Positions 28,198 through 36,584 of a stretch of DNA of 51,576 nt are shown here, one piece after another. How positions within the stretch are numbered: position 1 is the stretch's first letter; the number at the start of each line of letters is the position of its first letter. The notes below the pieces were generated by a model that saw only the letters and a program-made list of their open reading frames with translations, did no database searches and had not been told where the DNA came from. The DNA comes from an uncultured Lachnospiraceae bacterium. Its GTDB lineage: Bacteria; Bacillota; Clostridia; Lachnospirales; Lachnospiraceae. A program made the position numbers and the translations under genes. The stretch covers positions 1 through 51,576 of the forward strand of contig CAMOJW010000001.1 of assembly GCA_946617225.1 (NCBI GenBank), read 5' to 3'.

Positions 28198-29772
28198 TCA
28201 GCTATGCTTTTTAAGCAGCGCATGAAGATCACAGACAGCCAATACTATACCCAGGAAGAACATGGGCGTAAAGTTCATCAGGTACCGGGATTTGAATTCC
28301 CACAGGCAGAAAAACAGGAAGAGACCGAAAGCACATTCAGCGATCAGGAACTGTTCGTCGACACACCTCTTCCGAACGCTCAGGATCGCAGAGAACAGAA
28401 AGCCCAGCCAGAAGAGCAGGGGATAGGCTGCGAGAATGCGCATCAGTTTGTGGTAATGGACCCCGTCTGCGTGAACGATCTTCCCGATACCTTTCGTCGC
28501 ATCAAAACAGTGATTCATGTGCTGCTGCTGGTAAAACCGGCCCTCCGCAAGATTCTTGCACATCTTCTCATACAAGAAACCCGCGAAACCGCCTTCTTCC
28601 GCGTTTTTCTTCCGGACAGCCCTGATGTAGGCTTCAGTTTCCGCTTTTTTCCGTTCCTCTATGGTCTTAAAACTCAGAGAGTAGTCCAGAGACTCCTGCC
28701 TGTACCCCCCGTGGCCTTCCGCAGCCATCATGATCCAGTGCATGGAGGGCAATTCGTAGCGCTCCCTCATGGTCTGGTCGAGCCAGGGACAGTCCGCAGC
28801 AAACCTGCCCCAGACAGAGGTGATCAGAAGGATGGTCAGGCCCAATGCGGCTATATCCGCGATACGGCTTTTTAACGTACAGGCCTGCTCCGAACTCCTG
28901 AGAAACAGATAGATGAAAACAGCTACGACGAGGACCAGAACACTGCCCTTCAGCAGGGTGGCCAGGGCAAGGGTCACGCCGGTGAGGCAGCGATACAGGA
29001 TCCTTTTGGCGGTGCTGTCATCAGCGAGATCTCCCTTTGCAAGAAAGAGAAAAGAGAGGGAGACGTAAGGGATGGAGAGCGTATCCGAATAAACTCTGTA
29101 GGTGCTCAGGTAGTAGGGGAGGAATACTGCGGACAGGCACAGGCACAGAAGTCCTGCAGCTTTTCCCCGCAGAAGCCGCGCTGTGTGAGCGATCGCTGCC
29201 GCACTGACAGTCAGGGACAGGCAATTCAGGATGATCAGAAAATACCATCCTGCAGGGGAGTAGAGATCGATCCTGAGCAGGTCAGCACCCAGTTTCATGT
29301 AGGGGACCAGGTATGCGACCAGGAACAGGGACTTGGGGTAGATCAGAAAATACTCATTGTTGGAGGTGTGCGTGCTCCATGCGCAGCAGCTAAACTCGTT
29401 GATCTCCTTGGAGATCGCCCCGTTCTCCACTATTTCAGCGACAGAAAAATAGACAGTTCCCGCATCGGTGTAGGGCCTGGCAAGCAGCAGCCTTCCCGCG
29501 AGCAGGAGCAGCCCGAACATACAGAAGAGCACGAGAAAAAAGATGGTCCGATACCGCGATTCCGACCATCTTTCAATGCGCGGAGCAAACAGGAGGAAAC
29601 AGATCATGATCAGTACGGCCCCGATCGCTGCGGCAGTTAGGCCAAAACGAAAATGCAGCAGATATTTCCGGATGCCGGGCGCCAGAAACAGAATGAAGAG
29701 GATCCAGCAGACGAAGAATAAGCGAACGAGGGGGATCCTCCAGTCAGTCTTTTTAACATCCATTGCTTTCAT
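28198..29772 (-). CDS. Polytopic GT-C-fold (PMT/GT39-like) membrane glycosyltransferase
   Basis: About 13 TM segments, an acidic loop residue (PYTD), YFLIYP, YSDT and WEFKSRYL; translationally coupled to the GT2 gene. Confidence 0.65.
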   Translation of the reverse strand: MKAMDVKKTDWRIPLVRLFFVCWILFILFLAPGIRKYLLHFRFGLTAAAIGAVLIMICFLLFAPRIERWSESRYRTIFFLVLFCMFGLLLLAGRLLLARPYTDAGTVYFSVAEIVENGAISKEINEFSCCAWSTHTSNNEYFLIYPKSLFLVAYLVPYMKLGADLLRIDLYSPAGWYFLIILNCLSLTVSAAAIAHTARLLRGKAAGLLCLCLSAVFLPYYLSTYRVYSDTLSIPYVSLSFLFLAKGDLADDSTAKRILYRCLTGVTLALATLLKGSVLVLVVAVFIYLFLRSSEQACTLKSRIADIAALGLTILLITSVWGRFAADCPWLDQTMRERYELPSMHWIMMAAEGHGGYRQESLDYSLSFKTIEERKKAETEAYIRAVRKKNAEEGGFAGFLYEKMCKNLAEGRFYQQQHMNHCFDATKGIGKIVHADGVHYHKLMRILAAYPLLFWLGFLFSAILSVRKRCVDEQFLIAECAFGLFLFFCLWEFKSRYLMNFTPMFFLGIVLAVCDLHALLKKHS

Positions 29773-30788
29773 GCTCTGTCCTCGTGAAGCGCCGGCACCC
29801 TGTCCCGCTCTCCGCCTTTTCCTTCATCTTCCCAGGTCGTCTCACTGATGATATACCGGGGACGGTGTTTTGTCTCCAGGTAGGTCTTGCCTACGTATGT
29901 CCCTATGATGCCGAGACTGACAAGCTGTAATCCGCCCATGAAGAGAACGATACAGACCGTGGAAGCCCAGCCGGCGACCGAATGCCCGGTGAGAGCAGTG
30001 ACGATCGCCCACAGGATCCCTATCATGCCCAGTACGCTGGCAACAGAACCCAGGCCGGTGATGATCGTGATCGGTCTTGTCGAGAGGCTCGTGATGCCGT
30101 CAAAAGCCAGGGAGAGCATCTTGCCCAGGGGGTAATGGCTCGTGCCCGAGATACGCTCTTTTCTCTTATACGCGACGATGCTGCTCTGATATCCGATGAG
30201 GGGGAAGATGCCGCGGAGGTAGAGGTTGACTTCTCCGAAGTCCGCGAGATGCCGGAGGACCCTGCTGCTCGCCAGCCTGTAATCCGCGTGATTGAAGACC
30301 ACTTCCACACCCATCCGGTCCAGCAACCGGTAGTATGCTTCCGCGGTCGTTCGCTTGAAGAAAGTATCCGTCTCTCTGTCTGAGCGCACGCCGTAGACGA
30401 TATCCGATCCGTTTCGATAGGCCCGGACCATCTCGCTCATGACATGGATATCGTCCTGGCCGTCACAATCTATGGAGATCGCAGCGTCCGCCTCGTCCAG
30501 GGACTGCATCAGACCGGCGAGGACCGCGTTCTGATGCCCTCTGTTACGGCTCTGTCGGATGCCGATATAGTGGGGATCCTGCGTGCTGAGGGAGGAGATG
30601 ATCTCCCAGGTACTGTCTTTGGATCCGTCATCTACGAACAGGATCCTGCTGTTCTGAGCGATCAGCCCCTCGCGGATCATGGACTCCAGTTCGTCAAGGA
30701 ACAGCGGGGCGGTGACAGGCAGGACTTCCTGCTCGTTATAGCAGGGGATCACTATCCAAAGTACGGGCGTTGTTTTAAGTGCAGACAC
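29769..30788 (-). CDS. GT2 polyprenol-phosphate glycosyltransferase (GtrB/YkcC/CsbB-like)
   Basis: IPCYNE, VDDGSKD, RNRGHQNA, IDCDGQD, DYRL, two C-terminal TM helices and ETKHRPRYII; AAAGGA RBS before GTG. Confidence 0.92.
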   Translation of the reverse strand: MSALKTTPVLWIVIPCYNEQEVLPVTAPLFLDELESMIREGLIAQNSRILFVDDGSKDSTWEIISSLSTQDPHYIGIRQSRNRGHQNAVLAGLMQSLDEADAAISIDCDGQDDIHVMSEMVRAYRNGSDIVYGVRSDRETDTFFKRTTAEAYYRLLDRMGVEVVFNHADYRLASSRVLRHLADFGEVNLYLRGIFPLIGYQSSIVAYKRKERISGTSHYPLGKMLSLAFDGITSLSTRPITIITGLGSVASVLGMIGILWAIVTALTGHSVAGWASTVCIVLFMGGLQLVSLGIIGTYVGKTYLETKHRPRYIISETTWEDEGKGGERDRVPALHEDRA

Positions 30789-30861
30789 CAGTATTCCTTT
30801 CTTCTGTCAGATCTCAGGGGTCAGGTCTCAGGAACACCTTGAAGGGCAGGAACAGAAATAG

Positions 30862-30890
30862 AAAAAAACCTGTCACAGGGCAGGTTTTTT
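30862..30890. terminator. Rho-independent terminator with T tracts on both strands
   Basis: AAAAAAACCTG-tcacaggg-CAGGTTTTTT. Confidence 0.8.
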
Positions 30891-30996
30891 ACAGAGTTCG
30901 AGATAAAGGAGACTGAACATGACCATTGTGATACCATTCTGTAAACTGTCATTCTTAAACTGCAAGAATGTATTAAACAATGTGATGAAAAACCAG
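30862..30996 (-). ncRNA. Candidate ~135-nt small RNA (or attenuated leader of the GT2 operon)
   Basis: Bracketed by a consensus promoter (31030-31002) and the 30862-30890 terminator; internal hairpin CATTCTT/AAGAATG (30950-30970) and an anti-SD-like UCUCCUUU. Confidence 0.55.
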
Positions 30997-31001
30997 TATT
31001 C

Positions 31002-31030
31002 AGTCTATACCCGTATCGGTCCGGTGTCAA
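31002..31030 (-). promoter_or_regulatory. Sigma-A promoter
   Basis: Minus strand TTGACA (31030-31025), 17-nt spacer, TAGACT (31007-31002). Confidence 0.75.
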
Positions 31031-31049
31031 TGTTGGCTTAGACAAGAGA

Positions 31050-31910
31050 TCAGACAAGAGAGAGGATAAATCTTGTCACTATTTCGACTACTTCGTTCTG
31101 ATAAAACACGTCCTCCCCGTGGCCGGCGCCTTCGATGCGGTACAGCTGCGCGGGCACGCCGCAGCGGGTGAGGGCATCGTGCAGGATCTCGCTGTGGGAG
31201 ATGTCCACCTTGACATCAGCGGTCCCGTGGAGGATCAGGTGCGGCGGAGCGGCGGAGGTGACGCAGTCGGGGACGATGCGGGCATACTTCCGTTCCCGCT
31301 CCTCGCCGGGGAAGGCGGCCATGCGCTGGTAATAGGCGCCGTGTTTGACCGGATTGCTCTTCATATCCGCGTAATCCCGCTCAAAGACCACCGGTCCGTA
31401 CAGGTCGATCACACCGCTCACAGCGCTCGACTGATCCGGGTGATCTCCCTCTTCATACTCTTCGTATCCGGGACCGGACAGAAGGCCCGCGAACACTGCC
31501 AGAGCGCCGCCTGCCGATTCGCCCATGATGAAAACACGGTCCGGGTCGATGCAGTAGCGGTCCCTTTTGGCTCGCAGATACCGGATCGCCGCCTTCACAT
31601 CGATGAGACAGGCGGGGAAAGGGGCCTCGTTCACGGTCCTGTACTCCACACTGGCCACCGTGAAGCCCCTCAGGGCGTAGGGCATCAGCTGCGGGAGCCA
31701 GATGTCCCGGTCCATGACCTGGAAATTGCCGCCGCATAGCCAGATCAGAAGGGGCTGCGGAGCATGTCCCTCCCGGTGTTTGGGCACCAGGAGGGACATC
31801 TTAAGCGGCCGTTCGCTCTCGCCGAACCAGCTGTATTCGTTCTTATAGGTGATACCGGAGATCAAGGCAATGCATTCCTGTGCCGTCTGCAGCTTCAGGT
31901 CCTGGATCAT
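31050..31910 (-). CDS. Alpha/beta hydrolase (carboxylesterase/BD-FAE-like)
   Basis: Start reassigned to ATG 31910 (AAAGGA RBS). WLCGGNF oxyanion region, GESAGG nucleophile, HGTAD and GAGHG. Confidence 0.88.
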   Translation of the reverse strand: MIQDLKLQTAQECIALISGITYKNEYSWFGESERPLKMSLLVPKHREGHAPQPLLIWLCGGNFQVMDRDIWLPQLMPYALRGFTVASVEYRTVNEAPFPACLIDVKAAIRYLRAKRDRYCIDPDRVFIMGESAGGALAVFAGLLSGPGYEEYEEGDHPDQSSAVSGVIDLYGPVVFERDYADMKSNPVKHGAYYQRMAAFPGEERERKYARIVPDCVTSAAPPHLILHGTADVKVDISHSEILHDALTRCGVPAQLYRIEGAGHGEDVFYQNEVVEIVTRFILSLV

Positions 31911-31926
31911 GGGAAGTCCTTTCTGT

Positions 31927-34900
31927 TCAGGGGTTCTGGGATGCCCCGGCGTCAGATCCGGAGTCGTCCTGCTTCTCGGTAGTCGTCTCCACAGGCGGTT
32001 CCTTCTCTGTCTGCTCCTCCGTCGTGGTCTCAGGGGTCTCCCCCTGTCCGCTCTCCGCGGCGGGGGCGGGATCCGGATCCTCAGCGGGGGCGGAAGGTGT
32101 ACCAGCAGGCTCTTCCGGCGCGGCGGGCTGAGAGGCGGGCTGAGAGGCGGGCTGCGCAGCGGGCTGGGAGACGGGCTCAGAGCCGTCGCCTGTTCCGGGC
32201 TCCGTGCCGGGGTCCGTTCCGGGATCTGCCACGGGCTCCGTGCCGGCGGGATCCTCTTCCGGCTGTGCAGCATTTCCCTCGGGGTCAGTCTCTACGATCC
32301 CCATCAGGACACCGGCGGCAGAAAACTCGTAGGTGACATCGTCGATGGTGTACAGACCGGTCACCATATGTCCGTCGTTCGCGTCGAAGTAATATTTCTT
32401 TTTGGAGATAGTGCGGAAACCCGTGACCATGGCGCACGTCCTGGGATCCATATAATACTTCTCTCCCTTGACAGTGATCCAGCCTGTGCGGGTCACGCCG
32501 TTCTTGTCGGTATAGTACCAGCTGCCATCCGCGGCCTGTCCCCAGCCGTTCCTGACCAGGACACCGGTCTCCGCGTTGAAGAAATAGTTCTTCCTGTTGA
32601 TGGTCCTCTTGCCGGTCAGCATGGTGCAGTTGGACTTGGAGAAGAAATAGCGCTTGCCGCCGAGGGTCTGCCAGCCTGCTTTCAGGGCCCCCTTGCTGTC
32701 CGCGTAGAGTTTATAACCGGCTTTAGTCGTGATCCAGCCTTTCTGCATCACACCGGTATCCTGGTGGAAGAAGTATTGTCTTTTGTTGATCTTCTGGCGG
32801 CCGTAGAGCATCTTGTACTTGGAATTGAAATAGTACCTTCTGCCGCAGACCGTCTGCCAGCCCTTCTGCTTCCTGCCGGATTTGTAATAGTATCTGGTAT
32901 TCCCGCTCGTCCCGATCTGCACGATACCGGTGAATTTCTTCGGGACCTGGGAGGACTTTTCGTAGGCGATGTAGTCCAGGACGCCGTTTTTGAGGAAAAA
33001 GCCCCGTCCCGCGCCGATCATGGCCGCTCCCTCGGGCTGCATCAGGCCGTTGGGGTAGAAATAATAGATCTTGCTGCTGATGACCCTCCAGCCGGTGACC
33101 AGGACACCGTCCTTGCCTGCGTAGAAAGTGCGGGTGGTGATGACAGGAGCAGCGGGGACTTCGGCGGGTACTTCCGACCCGTCAGAGGCGGAAGCAGGGG
33201 TTGAGACCGCCTGTTCCTCTGCATCAGCGGGTATGACGGTGTCCGGAGATGCAGGATCGGTCGCTGTGCTGTCGGCGGGCGCTGCAGAGGTCGCCGGCGC
33301 TTCTGCTGCAGCTTCCGTCTCGACCGGCGTGATCGTTCCTTCGGTGCTCAGCCCGATACCCGGCAGGTCCTCGATGATCCAGCCGGTGCGGGCGGCGCCT
33401 GTATCCGCGGCAAAATAGTAGTTCTTGCCGCCCACCGCCTGCAGGCCGTGCTGCATGACACCGGTCTCCGCGTCGAAGAGGTATTTCTTTTTATCGATGG
33501 TCTGCAGGCCGGTCCTCGCCGTGCCCTTGTCATAGTAGTAGGTGTCCCCTGCGATCGTGGTAAAGCCTGAGAAGAAGGGAAGGACCGCCTCCGTACTGTC
33601 AAAAGTGATGTCTGTCAGGACGCCGTCGTCATCAAAGACGCCGTGAGCGCCGGCGACTTCCAGCTCGCCGCCGGTCTGCCTGTGTCCGTCCGGATGGAAG
33701 TAGTAGACCTTGCCGGAGAGTTCCTTCCAGCCGGTGACGAGTTTCCCGTCCGAAGCGGCATAGTAGCGCTCTCCGCCCACCGTCAGCCAGCCTGTCCGGA
33801 GCCGGCCGTCCGCGGCGTCGAAATAGTAGAGACCGCCGTCGATCTCCGCGATGGTGCCCTTGACCATGCGGCCGTTCTCGTCGTAGTAATACGTCCGGCC
33901 GTTCTCCTCGTGCCAGCCCGGGTCCCCGAGAAGGACGGCGCCGTCGGGAAGCATACAGGGAGTCACGAACTGGGGCATGCCCTTCGCAAAGGAAACGGTC
34001 CTGGTATGCCGGCTGCCGTCCGCCATTTCGTAGGCGAGCTCTCTGGTCACCAGGTTCTTCTGAGCGGTCATATCGATCTGATCGCCGCGAATGGTAAAGA
34101 TGATGGCCCCGTTTCCGTTATGCGTCACATAGTTGGTCCCCGTGGTCAGGAAGGCATCTTTGGTCCTGACGGAGCCGCCGGCTGTGCTGAATGCCCACTG
34201 AGCCCTCACAGCCTTGTAGTAGGACTCCTTATTGCTGGTGTTGTAGCTGTGGTGGTTGGTCTTGACGATATCGGCCTGCAGGTCGACGCCTGCCTTGCGC
34301 ATCTCGTCCTCCACCTCGATGTGGATGTCGCCGGCGGTCAGATATCGGACGTCTCCCATGGTCACGCGCGTCACCAGGGAGGTGTTGTTGATGTACTGGA
34401 CCGCATTGCCGCCGGAGGGCTTGCGGGTCGTGTTCTGCCACAGGACCTCGCAGTGCGCACTGCCCACATCAAAAGAGGAACCCTTTTTGAGTATGACGCA
34501 GGGGATCTCTTTGGAACGGATGACGTTTCTGATCTCCGTATAGGAATGTTTCTCCCAGCTGCTGCCGTAGCCGTGGACGTTCTTGGTGAGGTCGCGGTAC
34601 CAGGCCCTCTTTCTGTACTTTTTGGCCGTATACTTCAGCATGTGGGAGGAATCGGGCAGATAGACCGTACCGACCGTAAAGTAGGGATCCTTCATGATGG
34701 TGGTCATGAGGAAATAGTGGTCGTTGTGGTAATGGGACAGGTACAGGTCCAGGTGATCGATCCCGTGCGCCTTCAGGTACAGGATGACGGAGGACTCTCC
34801 GATCTGCTTTTCCTTGTCGGTGTAAGCGGTGTCCATCAGCAGATAATGACCGTCCGATTCCAGGAGGACCGCGTCGCCTACCATCCTGGCCGGACCGTAG

Positions 34901-35076
34901 TCAAGGACCGTGATGGTGCCGTCCGATTCACCCTCTCCGTCCGCTGCAGCGGCTGTCACAGGACAGAGCAGGAGCGCACAGAGCAGTGCGAACAGCACCA
35001 AAAAAGGCCTGACATGACTATACAGGCCGGTGACGGGGATGGTTCTGTGGGACAGCGGGTCGCGGGATGCGGACAT
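31927..35076 (-). CDS. Secreted MBL-fold (ComEC/Pce-like) metallo-hydrolase with cell-wall-binding repeats and an acidic Pro-rich tail
   Basis: Signal peptide, GDAVLLESDG, LSHYHNDH, NNTS, TAGD and KTNHH; many TGW...YYF repeats; QPAS/EPGT tail repeats. Confidence 0.85.
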   Translation of the reverse strand: MSASRDPLSHRTIPVTGLYSHVRPFLVLFALLCALLLCPVTAAAADGEGESDGTITVLDYGPARMVGDAVLLESDGHYLLMDTAYTDKEKQIGESSVILYLKAHGIDHLDLYLSHYHNDHYFLMTTIMKDPYFTVGTVYLPDSSHMLKYTAKKYRKRAWYRDLTKNVHGYGSSWEKHSYTEIRNVIRSKEIPCVILKKGSSFDVGSAHCEVLWQNTTRKPSGGNAVQYINNTSLVTRVTMGDVRYLTAGDIHIEVEDEMRKAGVDLQADIVKTNHHSYNTSNKESYYKAVRAQWAFSTAGGSVRTKDAFLTTGTNYVTHNGNGAIIFTIRGDQIDMTAQKNLVTRELAYEMADGSRHTRTVSFAKGMPQFVTPCMLPDGAVLLGDPGWHEENGRTYYYDENGRMVKGTIAEIDGGLYYFDAADGRLRTGWLTVGGERYYAASDGKLVTGWKELSGKVYYFHPDGHRQTGGELEVAGAHGVFDDDGVLTDITFDSTEAVLPFFSGFTTIAGDTYYYDKGTARTGLQTIDKKKYLFDAETGVMQHGLQAVGGKNYYFAADTGAARTGWIIEDLPGIGLSTEGTITPVETEAAAEAPATSAAPADSTATDPASPDTVIPADAEEQAVSTPASASDGSEVPAEVPAAPVITTRTFYAGKDGVLVTGWRVISSKIYYFYPNGLMQPEGAAMIGAGRGFFLKNGVLDYIAYEKSSQVPKKFTGIVQIGTSGNTRYYYKSGRKQKGWQTVCGRRYYFNSKYKMLYGRQKINKRQYFFHQDTGVMQKGWITTKAGYKLYADSKGALKAGWQTLGGKRYFFSKSNCTMLTGKRTINRKNYFFNAETGVLVRNGWGQAADGSWYYTDKNGVTRTGWITVKGEKYYMDPRTCAMVTGFRTISKKKYYFDANDGHMVTGLYTIDDVTYEFSAAGVLMGIVETDPEGNAAQPEEDPAGTEPVADPGTDPGTEPGTGDGSEPVSQPAAQPASQPASQPAAPEEPAGTPSAPAEDPDPAPAAESGQGETPETTTEEQTEKEPPVETTTEKQDDSGSDAGASQNP

Positions 35077-35215
35077 GACGAGAGTGCTCTCTTTCTGTTT
35101 CAGTTTCCGGGTCGGTTTTCAGGTATATTTCCGGGTCAGATCCCGGTTCTGTTTCGGGCCCTGTTTCTGTGCACCCGTTGACGATGGTGCCGGATAACAG
35201 GTCCCCTCCTGTACA

Positions 35216-35245
35216 AAGGTACGCTTCGAAATGGGTCCATGTCAA
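35216..35245 (-). promoter_or_regulatory. Candidate sigma-A promoter for the MBL-fold/esterase genes
   Basis: Minus strand TTGACA (35245-35240), 18-nt spacer, TACCTT (35221-35216). Confidence 0.45.
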
Positions 35246-35257
35246 TAGAATTGTTCC

Positions 35258-35286
35258 ATGATATTTTTCTCCCAGCAAGGTATAAT
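35258..35286 (+). promoter_or_regulatory. Candidate sigma-A promoter for the SDR gene
   Basis: ATGATA (35258-35263), 17-nt spacer, TATAAT (35281-35286). Confidence 0.5.
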
Positions 35287-35317
35287 GAAGAGAGATCCGG
35301 GACGGGAGGAGGACGAA

Positions 35318-36073
35318 ATGGAACTGTTCACACTGGAAGGAAAAACGGCCCTGGTGACCGGCTGCGCGGGCGGCATCGGACGGGGGATCGTGCGGGGACT
35401 GGCGGCTGCAGGAGCGGACATCATAGGGGTGGACCTGAGATCCCTGGAGGAGACGCGGGAAGACGTGGAGGCGCTAGGGAGGCGGTTCCGGGCTTTTCAC
35501 ACGGACCTGTCGGACAAGGAGGCCATCACCGCCATGTGGGAGGAGGCGCTGGCCGCTTACGGCGGGATCGACATCCTGGTCAACGACGCCGGCATGCAGT
35601 ACAGGGAAAACGCCTGTGATCTGCCGCTGGACATGTTCGACAGGGTGCTGTCTGTGAATCTGCGCTGTGCTTATCAGCTGAGCCAGCTGGCTGCCCGCCA
35701 TTACATCGCGGAGGGCAAGAAGGGCAAGATCATCAACATGGCTTCCCTGTTCTCCACATTCGGCGGTCTGAACGTCAGCGCCTATACATGCAGCAAGCAC
35801 GGTGTGGTGGGGCTCACGAGGGCTTTCTCCAACGAACTGGCACAGTACGGGATCTGCGTCAATGCTCTCGCGCCGGGTTACATCGCCACGGAGATGACCC
35901 GGTCCATCTGGTCGGATCCGGAGAAGAGGCGTCCCATGGACGAGCGTCTGCCCATCGGGAGGTGGGGGACACCCGAGGATTTTGCCGGGCCGGCTGTATT
36001 CCTGGCCTCGGCCGCGTCGGATTACATCACCGGCGTGGTGCTGCCGGTGGACGGGGGGTACACCTGCCGCTGA
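35318..36073 (+). CDS. SDR oxidoreductase, KduD-like (2-dehydro-3-deoxy-D-gluconate 5-dehydrogenase type)
   Basis: FTLEGKTALVTG..GGIG, DILVNDAG, YTCSKHGVVGLT, NALAPGYIAT and GRWGTPED; GGAGGAGG RBS before ATG 35318. Confidence 0.85.
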   Translation: MELFTLEGKTALVTGCAGGIGRGIVRGLAAAGADIIGVDLRSLEETREDVEALGRRFRAFHTDLSDKEAITAMWEEALAAYGGIDILVNDAGMQYRENACDLPLDMFDRVLSVNLRCAYQLSQLAARHYIAEGKKGKIINMASLFSTFGGLNVSAYTCSKHGVVGLTRAFSNELAQYGICVNALAPGYIATEMTRSIWSDPEKRRPMDERLPIGRWGTPEDFAGPAVFLASAASDYITGVVLPVDGGYTCR

Positions 36074-36119
36074 GGCAGGTGTTGTCAGGAGGGGGCCTGC
36101 GACAGGAAATATACGAGTT

Positions 36120-36160
36120 GAGGCCTACATCCCTTCCGGCGATGTAGGCCTCCGTTTTTT
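36120..36160 (+). terminator. Rho-independent terminator of the SDR gene (also the first unit of the repeat array)
   Basis: GAGGCCTACATC/GATGTAGGCCTC stem followed by CG and T6. Confidence 0.8.
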
Positions 36161-36310
36161 GCTCGCCTGCTCTGGGCCTATCGTCTTTTCAACAATGTAG
36201 GCCCCAACCCTTCAATCACCTGCCCAGGCCTACCGGCTTTTCAACATCATAGGCCCGGATCCTGATAAAACAAACGCAGGCCTACTCATCTCAAGTTGAA
36301 ATAGGCCTAC
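36121..36310. repeat. Array of 4 inverted-repeat units GGCCTA-N17-TAGGCC, period 52-53 bp
   Basis: Left arms at 36122, 36175, 36227 and 36279; right arms at 36145, 36198, 36250 and 36302; spacer sequence varies but length is constant. Confidence 0.85.
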
Positions 36311-36385
36311 AGCTGCCCGGGATGATTGTCAACAAGACATTTATTCTTAAACTAAAAAGCATGAAATATAGCGAAATATTAGATA

Positions 36386-36550
36386 GGCTGTCGCATTATA
36401 CAGTTGTATGCATAAACAGTTCCGAGGGGTCTTCCGCAGCGCCGGTACTCGGCGAGGTATTGTCGAGCCGTAGTACCGTTGCAGCGAGGACTAAGCGAAA
36501 GCGGGCCCCTCGGAACTGTTTATGTATGAAAAAAGTATAATGCGACAGCC
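36386..36550. mobile_element. MITE-like non-coding element with long imperfect terminal inverted repeats
   Basis: GGCTGTCGCATTATAC (36386-36401)/GTATAATGCGACAGCC (36535-36550), then CATAAACAGTTCCGAGGGG/CCCCTCGGAACTGTTTATG and an inner CGGTACT/AGTACCG stem. No transposase; no clear target-site duplication. Confidence 0.6.
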
Positions 36551-36584
36551 CCATAGCTCATATCATGCTTACAGGATGTGCTTT

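Noticed and set aside
31911-32273. N-terminal extension of the esterase ORF in the track
   Set aside because: It overlaps the upstream gene's repeat tail out of frame; ATG 31910 has its own RBS.
35018-35211. Possible upstream ORF (AGGAGG then CTG, PET-rich peptide) or riboswitch in the leader of the MBL-fold gene
   Set aside because: There is no canonical start at proper spacing, and the single hairpin matches no riboswitch consensus I recognise.
36322-36540. 72-aa ORF over the MITE-like element
   Set aside because: It has no RBS or recognisable motif, and the region is better explained by its palindromic structure.
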